Below are positions 16,635 to 25,678 of a DNA stretch of 32,000 bases, piece after piece (the stretch's first letter is position 1; every line of letters starts with the position of its first letter). The translations under genes and the position numbers were made by a program. The notes under the pieces are model-generated. The model was not told the DNA's origin. It did no database searches and saw only the letters and a list, made by a program, of their open reading frames with translations. Source of the DNA: an uncultured bacterium (lineage in GTDB: Bacteria; Auribacterota; JACPWU01); NCBI GenBank assembly GCA_964640155.1, contig CAZXEQ010000001.1:244303-276302 (forward strand). The letters run 5' to 3'.

Positions 16635-19385
16635 ATGAAAGAATCCAGAAAACTGGGGGCTTTGTCTCATGGCAATATCAATGGAAACGGAAATGGAGCT
16701 GAGCGCATTCAAAAAAACGGAGGGCTTACGCTTAAAAGAGTTTTTACTCAAAAAGATGTTCATCCCTTCGATGAAATTACTTGGGAAAAGAGAAGTGCAT
16801 CTATTTCCAATGAGCATGGCCAGATTTTTTTTGAACAAAAAGACGTAGAAGTTCCTTCCTTTTGGTCTCAAACAGCGACCAACATTGTCGTTCAAAAATA
16901 CTTCAAAGGTCAAATTAATACACCCCAAAGAGAATCCAGTGTTAAACAACTGATTACACGCGTTGCTGCAACGATTGCCGGTTGGGGAAAAGCTCAAGGA
17001 TATTTTGCTTCATCTGAAGATGCTGAAATTTTTGAAATGGAGCTCACCCATCTTCTGGTTTTTCAGAAACTTGCTTTTAACAGTCCCGTTTGGTTCAACG
17101 TAGGTATTGAGAAAAAGCCTCAGTGCTCTGCTTGTTTTATTAATTCTGTTCAAGACACCATGGAATCAATTTTAAATTTGGCCAAAACCGAAGGCATGCT
17201 TTTTAAATGGGGATCCGGAACTGGGTCTAATCTCTCCCCCATTCGCTCCTCAAGAGAACAACTCTCAGGTGGAGGTATTGCTTCAGGACCTGTTTCCTTT
17301 ATGAAAGGTTTTGATTCTTTTGCAGGTGTCATTAAATCAGGAGGGAAAACCCGTCGGGCTGCAAAAATGGTGATTCTCAATTCAGATCATCCTGACATTG
17401 TTGATTTTATTAAGTCTAAATCCGATGAAGAGAAAAAAGCATGGGCTCTGATTGACTCTGGTTATGATGGCAATTTCAATGTAAAAGGTGGAGCTTATGA
17501 TTCCGTCCAATTCCAAAATGCAAATCATTCTGTTCGCGTCACAGATGAATTTATGAAAGCTGTTTTGGAAGATAAAGAATATCAGACCAAAGCGATTGTC
17601 GATGGAAGACCCATGGATACTTATAAAGCTCGTGAGCTTCTCAAAATGATTTCTGAGTCTACTCACATTTGCGGAGATCCCGGCATGCAGTTCGATACCA
17701 CGATTAATGATTGGCACACTTGTCCCAACACAGCTCGAATCAATGCCTCCAATCCTTGCAGCGAATATATGTTCTTGGATGATTCAGCGTGTAATCTGGC
17801 ATCTTTAAATTTAATGAAGTTTAGGACAACAGAAGGTGAATTTAATGTGGACACCTTCTCTTTTGCTGCGCATATTTCTATTTTGGCTCAAGAAATTATT
17901 GTAGACAATGCAAGCTATCCTACACCAGCGATTGAACGAAACAGCCATGACTACCGCCCTCTAGGGTTAGGCTATGCAAATCTGGGCGCACTTTTGATGG
18001 CACGAGGCATTCCCTATGACAGTGAAGAAGGAAGAGCTACCACAAGCATTATCACGGCCATTATGCACGGTCAGGCTTATAAAACTTCTAGTCTCATTGC
18101 GATGCATGTAGGCCCTTTTAAAGGCTATTCCAAAAATGCTCAAGCCATGCTTGGCGTGATTAAAAAACATGCCAGCGCTGTAGAGAATATTAATCCGAGT
18201 CTCATTGCCTCTTATCTTTTGGAAAAAGCCCGAGCGATTTGGCAGGATACTTATGCCATTGGAAGCGAATATGGATATCGCAATTCTCAAGTCACTGTGC
18301 TCGCGCCAACAGGAACCATTGGATTTATGATGGACTGCGATACGACAGGCATTGAGCCAGATATTGCACTTGTGAAATACAAAAAACTTGTGGGCGGAGG
18401 TTTAATCAAGATTGTAAATCAAACTGTTCCAGAAGCCCTTAAAAGACTGGGATACAGCGAATCCGACATCACAGAGATTGTCGCTTTTATCGATAAAAAC
18501 GATACCATTGAAGGAGCCCCTCATTTAGCTGAAAACCATTTGAATGTTTTTGATTGTGCATTCAAAGCCATGAAAGGAAAACGATCCATTCATTACATGG
18601 GACATATTCGAATGATGGCAGCTGTTCAACCTTTCATTTCGGGTGCTATTTCAAAAACGGTGAATCTTCCCAATGAAGCTTCTGTTGATGAAATCATGGA
18701 AGCCTATATTCAATCCTGGAAACTTGGTTTAAAAGCTGTTGCAATTTATCGCGATGGATCCAAGCGCACTCAACCTCTTTCAACTTCCATCAATGACGGA
18801 AAAAAACAGGAAGCAAAAGCTAAACCTAATCGCAGACGACTCCTCGATGAAAGACAAGCCATCACTCATAAATTCACAGTTGCTGGGCATGAAGGCTATA
18901 TCACCGCTGGACTTTATGAAGATGGAACGCCTGGGGAAATTTTTGTTACGATGGCCAAAGAAGGATCTGTTATTTCTGGTTTGATGGATTCTTTCTCCAC
19001 TTCTATCTCGCTTGCTTTGCAATATGGGGTCCCTTTAAAAGTACTCACCGATAAATTTGCTCATCAGAGATTTGAACCTTCTGGAATTACGAATCATCCT
19101 CAAATTCGATTTGCAAAATCTATTATCGATTACATTTTCAGATGGTTAGCTTTGAAATTTCTACCTGCGTCCGACAAACCCCAAGTCGAAGAAATTCTTC
19201 GATCCACTGAAAATTCTCAAAATTCTGCTCAAAAAGAAGAATTAAATAAGTTTGAAAAAACTGAAAAAAGAACCTTTGAAGTTCAAGCTGATGCGCCTCC
19301 CTGCCATGCTTGTGGAGAAATCATGGTCCGAAATGGAGCTTGCTACAAATGCTTGAATTGTGGGGAAACAAGTGGATGCTCGTAA
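16635..19385 (+). CDS. nrdJ: adenosylcobalamin-dependent ribonucleoside-di/triphosphate reductase (class II)
   Basis: 916 aa. Class II/I shared active-site region NPCSEYMFLDDSACNLASLNL and GLKAVAIYRDGSK. C-terminal Cys cluster CHACGEIMVRNGACYKCLNCGETSGCS. A G-rich RBS (GGGGGG) precedes the ATG. Confidence 0.93.
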   Translation: MKESRKLGALSHGNINGNGNGAERIQKNGGLTLKRVFTQKDVHPFDEITWEKRSASISNEHGQIFFEQKDVEVPSFWSQTATNIVVQKYFKGQINTPQRESSVKQLITRVAATIAGWGKAQGYFASSEDAEIFEMELTHLLVFQKLAFNSPVWFNVGIEKKPQCSACFINSVQDTMESILNLAKTEGMLFKWGSGTGSNLSPIRSSREQLSGGGIASGPVSFMKGFDSFAGVIKSGGKTRRAAKMVILNSDHPDIVDFIKSKSDEEKKAWALIDSGYDGNFNVKGGAYDSVQFQNANHSVRVTDEFMKAVLEDKEYQTKAIVDGRPMDTYKARELLKMISESTHICGDPGMQFDTTINDWHTCPNTARINASNPCSEYMFLDDSACNLASLNLMKFRTTEGEFNVDTFSFAAHISILAQEIIVDNASYPTPAIERNSHDYRPLGLGYANLGALLMARGIPYDSEEGRATTSIITAIMHGQAYKTSSLIAMHVGPFKGYSKNAQAMLGVIKKHASAVENINPSLIASYLLEKARAIWQDTYAIGSEYGYRNSQVTVLAPTGTIGFMMDCDTTGIEPDIALVKYKKLVGGGLIKIVNQTVPEALKRLGYSESDITEIVAFIDKNDTIEGAPHLAENHLNVFDCAFKAMKGKRSIHYMGHIRMMAAVQPFISGAISKTVNLPNEASVDEIMEAYIQSWKLGLKAVAIYRDGSKRTQPLSTSINDGKKQEAKAKPNRRRLLDERQAITHKFTVAGHEGYITAGLYEDGTPGEIFVTMAKEGSVISGLMDSFSTSISLALQYGVPLKVLTDKFAHQRFEPSGITNHPQIRFAKSIIDYIFRWLALKFLPASDKPQVEEILRSTENSQNSAQKEELNKFEKTEKRTFEVQADAPPCHACGEIMVRNGACYKCLNCGETSGCS

Positions 19386-19488
19386 AAGAAATGTTTAGAA
19401 GATAAAAGTATTGGCTTTTTAGCTTTTGAATCTTTAGACTTCTTTATAAATCTTTTAACTCTTAAACCTTTCTTCCAGGGGGCTTTTC

Positions 19489-20064
19489 ATGCGAGAAGAC
19501 TATGTTGTTTTAGATGTCGAAACACAAAAATCTTTTGATGAAGTAAAGGGAAGAAATTTTGCTGAGCTGGGAATTTCTGTCGCGGGACTTTATCGACATA
19601 GTTTAAAAAAATATGAAGCTTATGAAGAAAAAGATTTAGGTCAACTTAATCAGATTCTCAGTGATGCAACTGTTGTTGTGGGATTTAACACCAAAGGTTT
19701 TGACTATACCGTGTTACAACCTTATTTAAAAATCCCATTACAAAAGATTAAAACACTCGACATTATGGATGAAATTAAAAATATCCTAGGGCATCGTGTT
19801 TCTTTAAATAGCGTCTCCAAAGCCACATTGAATGAGGGGAAAAATGGAGATGGCCTTGAAGCGATTCGACTCTATAAGGCAGGAGAGATTGAAAAAATCA
19901 AAACCTATTGTCTCAATGATGTTCGCCTTACTAAAGAAGTGTATGAATTTGCCTTAAAACATCATTTTTTACGTTATCTATCGAAAGATGGACAAAACTC
20001 TCTAGAAGTAAAAGTGAATTGGACTCCTGTCCAGATTGAGCCGCAACAAGCATTACTGTTCTAA
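19489..20064 (+). CDS. small DEDD-type 3'-5' exonuclease-like protein (RNase H fold)
   Basis: 191 aa with Exo I LDVET, Exo II GFNTKGFDYTVL and Exo III YCLNDVRL motifs. RBS AGGGGG. Confidence 0.7.
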   Translation: MREDYVVLDVETQKSFDEVKGRNFAELGISVAGLYRHSLKKYEAYEEKDLGQLNQILSDATVVVGFNTKGFDYTVLQPYLKIPLQKIKTLDIMDEIKNILGHRVSLNSVSKATLNEGKNGDGLEAIRLYKAGEIEKIKTYCLNDVRLTKEVYEFALKHHFLRYLSKDGQNSLEVKVNWTPVQIEPQQALLF

Positions 20065-20172
20065 GGCCCCCATTCATCAAACCTTTCACGTCAAAGGCCT
20101 ATTATCTTCTGCCCACAAAACTCATATTATTATCTTTTCCTCCTCCCATATTTTTAATACTCTATTTTCCTC

Positions 20173-20907
20173 ATGAATATACAAGGTAAAGTTGCTCTTA
20201 TTACGGGTGGTGCAATTCGGGTTGGGAAAGCAATTGCTCTTGCCTTAGCAGACAAGAGAGTCAATATTGCTATCAGCTACAATACTTCCAAAAAAGAGGC
20301 TCTTGCTACTCTTAAAAAAATAGAATCTTTTGGCGTCAAAGCCAAAGTAATTCAAACTGATGTTTCAAAATCAAAAGATGTTAAGCGTCTGGTCCAAACA
20401 GTTGTTAAAGAATTTGGAACTATTGATATCCTCATTAATAATGCTGCTATTTTTTGTAAAACCCCTTTTGAAAAAATTCAAGAAACGGATTGGGATCGTC
20501 ATATCGATATTAATTTAAAAGGAACTTTTTTATGTGCACATGAAGTCGGGAAAATAATGCTTAAGAAAAAACGAGGGAAAATTATTAATATTGCGGATTG
20601 GGCTGGAATGAGGCCCTATAAAAACTATATCCCCTACTGTGTTTCAAAAGCAGGAGTCATTTGTCTCACGCAAGCCTTAGCTAAAGCACTGGCTCCAAAC
20701 ATTCAAGTCAATGCAATCGCTCCAGGTTCTATCCTCTTACCTGAAAAATTTTCAAAGAAAGAAAAACAAAAAATCATTGAAGGGACACCCCTCAAAAGAA
20801 TAGGATCACCTGAAGACATTGCAAAAACTATTTTATTTTTACTGGAAGGATCCGATTTTATTACTGGCGATACCATTTTAGTAGATGGTGGAAGATTTAT
20901 TGCATAA
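20173..20907 (+). CDS. short-chain dehydrogenase/reductase, pteridine-reductase-like
   Basis: Rossmann motif ITGGAIRVGKAIA, NNAA, catalytic YCVSK. The pteridine-reductase suggestion rests on the TGGxxRxG variant and the adjacent PTPS/QueD gene. Confidence 0.8.
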   Translation: MNIQGKVALITGGAIRVGKAIALALADKRVNIAISYNTSKKEALATLKKIESFGVKAKVIQTDVSKSKDVKRLVQTVVKEFGTIDILINNAAIFCKTPFEKIQETDWDRHIDINLKGTFLCAHEVGKIMLKKKRGKIINIADWAGMRPYKNYIPYCVSKAGVICLTQALAKALAPNIQVNAIAPGSILLPEKFSKKEKQKIIEGTPLKRIGSPEDIAKTILFLLEGSDFITGDTILVDGGRFIA

Positions 20908-20931
20908 AACCTGATGTAACAGGACATAAAA

Positions 20932-21363
20932 ATGACAACAAAATCTACAAATGTATTTAAAGTCACCAAAGAACTTCATTTCTGCTACGGTCATCGCTTG
21001 CTTAATTATGATGGCAAATGTGCTCATCCACATGGTCACAATGGCCGGATTTTAATCGAGTTAACAACTGAAAAATTGAATCATCGAGGTATGGTTATTG
21101 ATTTCGTAGATATTAAGGGCTCTCTTCATAAATGGATTGATGATGTTTTAGACCATAGAATGATTTTACACAAAGAAGATCCCTTGCTTCCTGTTCTTAA
21201 AAAAATGAATGAACCTATTTTTATCATGGATAATAATCCCACGGCTGAAAATTTGGCTCAGTTGATTTTTGAACATGTCAAAAAACAAGGTTTTCCCGTA
21301 ACCAAAATTCAATTTTGGGAAACCCCTAGTTCCAGTGCTATTTATTCAGAACAAGGCGCATGA
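20932..21363 (+). CDS. queD: 6-carboxytetrahydropterin synthase / 6-pyruvoyl-tetrahydropterin synthase family
   Basis: 143 aa with the family motif FCYGHRL...CAHPHGHNG and C-terminal FWETPSS. I cannot discriminate QueD from PTPS. Confidence 0.8.
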   Translation: MTTKSTNVFKVTKELHFCYGHRLLNYDGKCAHPHGHNGRILIELTTEKLNHRGMVIDFVDIKGSLHKWIDDVLDHRMILHKEDPLLPVLKKMNEPIFIMDNNPTAENLAQLIFEHVKKQGFPVTKIQFWETPSSSAIYSEQGA

Positions 21364-23009
21364 ATATTCTTTGGATTGTACTTCCTGTTACCATTTTTTT
21401 TATTCTCGCATATTTTCTGTACGGTCGTTTTTTAGGTCGTGCTTTTGATCTTAAAAAAGAAAACCTCACGCCTGCTTGTGAAATCAATGATGGTCAGGAT
21501 TTTGTCCCAGCCAAGAAATTTTTCCTTTTAGGACAACATTTTTCTGCTATTACAGCCGCAGGTCCTATTGTAGGACCTATCGCAGCAGCCATTGCCTTTG
21601 GCTGGCTGCCTGCCCTCTTGTGGATTGTTCTAGGATCTATTTTTATTGGAGCCCTTCATGATTTTTCTAGTCTGGTCGGATCTATTAAACATAAAGCTCG
21701 ATCGATTGCAGAAATTGTAGGTGAGTATATGAGCCCCAAAGCCTATTTGCTTTTTCTGATCTATATTTGGCTTGCCTTGATTTATGTCATCATCGCATTC
21801 ACAGATATTACAGCTAGAACCTTTGTAACGGACATGCCTCTCCCCAATGGAGATAAAATTTTAGGGTCAGGAATTGCAACTACTTCTATTCTTTATTTAT
21901 TCCTTGGTATTGTCATGGGCTTCATTTTGAGAAAAACAAAACTCTCCCTTTGGAAAGCAACTTTTATTTTTATTCCTCTCATTTGTGTTGTGATTTGGTT
22001 AGGGCAAAAAATTCCTATTCAGATACCTCCTTTTTTTGGAAATAACCCTGTCCAAACTTGGAATTTTCTTCTTTTAGCTTATTGCGGGATTGCTTCTATT
22101 ATTCCTGTATGGCTGCTTCTTCAACCTCGCGGATATTTGGGAGGATTTTTCTTATATGGTGTTCTTCTGGCTGGATGTATCGGACTTATCTTAGGAGGTT
22201 TTAAAACAGAATACCCAGCCTTTTTAGGTTTTTCTCATATAAAATTAGGACCTCTTTTCCCCATGCTTTTCATTACCATTGCATGTGGGGCTTGTTCGGG
22301 ATTTCATGGGGTTGTTTGTTCAGGAACCACTTCTAAACAGTTAGAACATGAAACAGATGCAAAAGCCGTAGGGTATGGTGGAATGCTTTTGGAAGGTTTC
22401 ATTGCTGTTCTTTCTTTAACAACCGTTATTATGCTCACCAAGGGATCGCCTCAAGCAACTCAAGATCCTAATTTAATTTATGCACAAGGAATAGGAAATT
22501 TTCTAGGCGTGTTTGGTATTCCTACTTCATTTGCTATTTCTTTTGGATTGCTCGCCTTTGCAACTTTTGTTTATGACACATTGGATGTCGCCACACGACT
22601 TAGTCGATACATTCTCCAAGAATTACTCAAACTACGGGGATCTAAAGGGGCTTGGATTGCTACCTTAATCACATTAGCTCTTCCCCTTTTCTTGGTAAAT
22701 CTTAAAGTCATGGGCCCTGATGGAAATCCTATACAAGCCTGGCAGATTTTTTGGAGTATTTTTGGAGCAAGTAATCAATTATTGGCCGCACTGACTCTCT
22801 TAGGAATTACAGTGTGGCTTAAGAAAAAAGGGAAATCTTGGTGGCTCACAGCGATTCCCATGGTCTTTATGTTGATTGTAACTCTATGGGCACTCATTTT
22901 GATGAGTTTGAATGCCCCTTCACATATCATTCAAATCATCGCATTGATGCTTCTAGGCTTAGCTATTCTTCTGGTTATCGAGGCTGTAAAGGTTTTGAAA
23001 AAGAAATAA
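21360..23009 (+). CDS. cstA: carbon starvation protein A family transporter
   Basis: 549-aa polytopic protein. The conserved CstA N-terminal region reads DGQDFVPAKKFFLLGQHFSAITAAGPIVGPIAAAIAFGWLPALLWIVLGSIFIGALHDF. Its start overlaps the queD stop (ATGA). Confidence 0.9.
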   Translation: MNILWIVLPVTIFFILAYFLYGRFLGRAFDLKKENLTPACEINDGQDFVPAKKFFLLGQHFSAITAAGPIVGPIAAAIAFGWLPALLWIVLGSIFIGALHDFSSLVGSIKHKARSIAEIVGEYMSPKAYLLFLIYIWLALIYVIIAFTDITARTFVTDMPLPNGDKILGSGIATTSILYLFLGIVMGFILRKTKLSLWKATFIFIPLICVVIWLGQKIPIQIPPFFGNNPVQTWNFLLLAYCGIASIIPVWLLLQPRGYLGGFFLYGVLLAGCIGLILGGFKTEYPAFLGFSHIKLGPLFPMLFITIACGACSGFHGVVCSGTTSKQLEHETDAKAVGYGGMLLEGFIAVLSLTTVIMLTKGSPQATQDPNLIYAQGIGNFLGVFGIPTSFAISFGLLAFATFVYDTLDVATRLSRYILQELLKLRGSKGAWIATLITLALPLFLVNLKVMGPDGNPIQAWQIFWSIFGASNQLLAALTLLGITVWLKKKGKSWWLTAIPMVFMLIVTLWALILMSLNAPSHIIQIIALMLLGLAILLVIEAVKVLKKK

Positions 23010-23025
23010 GAAGAGAAAAAACTAA

Positions 23026-23904
23026 CTAAATCGTCGTACCCTTCTCAACCAACTCATTGGACTGAGTTAGCTCTTTAACACGATCCACCACTTGTTGAAT
23101 AATCCAGTCTGGCGTAGAAGCACCCGCAGAAACACCGATGGTTTTAGCATCTTTAAACCATTCAAGCTTTACATCTCCTGGAGATTCAACTTGATAACTT
23201 CTGGGATTAAGAGAAAGAGAAATTTCTGTGAGGCGGCAAGTATTGGCACTTTTGAAAGATCCTACAATAATCATCACATCATTTTCTAAAGGCAAATGTC
23301 TAATCTCTCGCTGATAAGCTTTGGTAGGACCACAAATCGTATCTACAAATTTAAGTTCGCCTACACGAGCTGTTAATTCTGCTACAACTTTTTTCACATT
23401 ATCTATATTTTGAGTCGACTGAGTCACAACCCCTAATTTTTTAATTCTTCTAGGAATGGCTGGAGCGACTTCTTCAGGCTTAGAAATGACAATGGCATTT
23501 TTGGCCTGTGCTGCTATGGCCATCACTTCATCGTGACCGTGATCACCAATTACAGCAATCTGATAACCTTCTTTATCAAGCTCCCGCACAATTTCATGAA
23601 TTTCAAGAACCAAAGGGCAGCTGGCATCTAAAATATTAAATCCTAATCTTTTTGCATCCTCATAAACTTGAGGGGTACTCCCATGAGCCCTTAAAAGAAG
23701 AGTTCCTTTAGGGCCTTCTTCAAGATCAGAAACGACCTTCACCCCAGCCGCATCTATTTTTTTTACAACATGTTCATTATGAACGATATCCCCCAACATA
23801 ACGACGTTTTCATGCTCGTTAGAAGCTTTTAAAGCTGCATTGACGGCAAGCTTAACACCGAAACAAAAACCGCCATGTCTTGCAATATTGATTTGAGGAG
23901 CCAT
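23026..23904 (-). CDS. ispH: 4-hydroxy-3-methylbut-2-enyl diphosphate reductase
   Basis: 292 aa with GFCFGVKLAV, GDIVHNEHVV, ASCPLVLEIH and GSFKSANTCRL, giving the three cluster cysteines in the expected context. Confidence 0.92.
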   Translation of the reverse strand: MAPQINIARHGGFCFGVKLAVNAALKASNEHENVVMLGDIVHNEHVVKKIDAAGVKVVSDLEEGPKGTLLLRAHGSTPQVYEDAKRLGFNILDASCPLVLEIHEIVRELDKEGYQIAVIGDHGHDEVMAIAAQAKNAIVISKPEEVAPAIPRRIKKLGVVTQSTQNIDNVKKVVAELTARVGELKFVDTICGPTKAYQREIRHLPLENDVMIIVGSFKSANTCRLTEISLSLNPRSYQVESPGDVKLEWFKDAKTIGVSAGASTPDWIIQQVVDRVKELTQSNELVEKGTTI

Positions 23905-23913
23905 ATCTAATCC

Positions 23914-25623
23914 TTACTTTAGGGAGGAAATTATACCATATTTCTTTGATTTGTCACAAAAACAAGCATCCTTTTTCATCGTCTCTATAGCAATGGTTGT
24001 AACAGTCTTTATCCCATCCAATCCCTCCATTCTCCCTAAAACCTTACCCAGCCTTTCAAGTGCAGGTTGAATGTATGTCAGAAAATGCGTTTTACCTTTT
24101 TTAAGGCCCAAAAAACCATAAGCGCCCAAAGCCTGCATCAAACGCTGAAGAATGAGACTTTCATAATTTTTTCTAAAATGATCGACCTTTTCAATAAAAG
24201 GACCCGCGCAGTCCACGTAATATTGATAGAGTAACTCTCGCTCTTCTTCAGCCAAATCTACATAAGGATCATAAAGCAAAGAAGCTAAATCATATCCAGC
24301 TAACCCCCATCTCATTCCCTGAAAATCAATAAAATAAGGATGGTCTTGCTTGATCATGATATTTTTAGATTGAAGATCTCGGTGAATGAGAACGCGTTCT
24401 TCTTTTGACAATGTTTTTGCCAATTTTCGAAAATCGCTTTCTAACTCTACTTGTAATTGCTTATCAAAAGTTAAATGAAAAACATTTTCTAATAAATTTT
24501 CTTTAAAATAATTTGACTCCCACAAATAAATTTTTTCAGTAAAAGATTGAGACAAAGAGAACGGGGTTTTCTGATAAAGGAGACTCCCCTTTTGATGGAG
24601 AATCAAAATCTTTTCAATCACTTCTTTATAAAGATCCAGAACTTGATTTCTTTCTTTTTCTTGAAACGCCTGACATAAAGTTATATTTCCAAGATCTTCG
24701 ACACATAAAAGGCCATGCTCTAAATCTCGATAAAAGATATCCGGTACAGGAATGGCTAATTCTTTTAAAAAAGATGAAATTCTGTCATAAAAACCATTTT
24801 CTTCTTTTTCTTTTCCATAACGCATTACAACGGTTGTTTGAGAGTCTCTACCTGTACGATAATAGCGTCGATCTGACCCATCCTGCCCTAAAGATCGAAT
24901 GGAGAACTTATTTCTTAACTCAGGTGAATCCACGATTTGCCTTTGCACCTGACTGTAATTTTCTAAACTTCCAAGATCAGACCAAAAACAGAAATCCCAA
25001 ATAAAACCTCCTATCTTTTTACCTTCCCGAATAAGTTGAAGATAAACATCTACAATAGAAATGATTTGATTGGGTTGAATGTGTTGAAAAATCTCGGGTT
25101 CTAAAATTTGTATTCCTGTAAAAACGTATTGAGGATTAGTTTTATCTCCTAAAACACCCCGCATGTCTGTAATCTGGTCCTTAGAATTCAGTGCCACATT
25201 TTGAAGACCCTCAAATTTTCCAAGAATAAGTGTAGCTAAATTCTTTTGTTTTTTATGAAATTCAACAGCTTTGACTAAGTCTCCATCTGTCAAAATATCC
25301 CCGTTATACATCACGAATGTACCCTTTTGGAAAAAGGACTCCACTTTCTTTAAGCCTCCACCTGTATCCAAAAGAATCTCTTCATGGGAATAATTAACTT
25401 TGACGTTAAGACGTTTTCCATCTTTTAAGAGTTGATGATAAACGTCTGGACAGTGATGAGTATTAATAACAGTCTCTTTAACTCCTACCGCTTTAAGATG
25501 ATCAATCACATACTCGATGAGGGGCCGACCTAAAACAGGAAGAGTAGGTTTGGGTCTTTGAACAGTCAAAGGCCTCAAACGCATCCCCAGCCCTGCTCCT
25601 AAAATAAATGCCTTTTGAATCAT
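23914..25623 (-). CDS. bifunctional nucleotidyltransferase / sugar anomeric kinase (MurU-like N-terminal domain fused to AmgK-like C-terminal domain)
   Basis: The N-terminal NTP-transferase motif is ILGAGLGMRLRPLTVQRPKPTLPV. The C-terminal APH-fold kinase has IHRDLQSKNIMI and FIDFQGMRWGLAGYDLASLLYD, which resemble AmgK rather than choline-kinase signatures. I start at ATG 25623, which has an AAGGAAAGGAA RBS. The 44 upstream codons in the track overlap the divergent mutY start. Confidence 0.75.
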   Translation of the reverse strand: MIQKAFILGAGLGMRLRPLTVQRPKPTLPVLGRPLIEYVIDHLKAVGVKETVINTHHCPDVYHQLLKDGKRLNVKVNYSHEEILLDTGGGLKKVESFFQKGTFVMYNGDILTDGDLVKAVEFHKKQKNLATLILGKFEGLQNVALNSKDQITDMRGVLGDKTNPQYVFTGIQILEPEIFQHIQPNQIISIVDVYLQLIREGKKIGGFIWDFCFWSDLGSLENYSQVQRQIVDSPELRNKFSIRSLGQDGSDRRYYRTGRDSQTTVVMRYGKEKEENGFYDRISSFLKELAIPVPDIFYRDLEHGLLCVEDLGNITLCQAFQEKERNQVLDLYKEVIEKILILHQKGSLLYQKTPFSLSQSFTEKIYLWESNYFKENLLENVFHLTFDKQLQVELESDFRKLAKTLSKEERVLIHRDLQSKNIMIKQDHPYFIDFQGMRWGLAGYDLASLLYDPYVDLAEEERELLYQYYVDCAGPFIEKVDHFRKNYESLILQRLMQALGAYGFLGLKKGKTHFLTYIQPALERLGKVLGRMEGLDGIKTVTTIAIETMKKDACFCDKSKKYGIISSLK

Positions 25624-25678
25624 ATGGTTCCTTTCCTTCTTCCATTCTATAATGGCCATAAATATAATTGCGATCAAA

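Noticed and set aside
17150-19022. Antisense and alternative-frame ORFs inside nrdJ (17150..17380, 17382..17717, 17663..17854, 17967..18290, 18739..18984, 18780..19022)
   Set aside because: They lie entirely within the NrdJ coding region, whose homology is continuous. I treat them as shadow ORFs.
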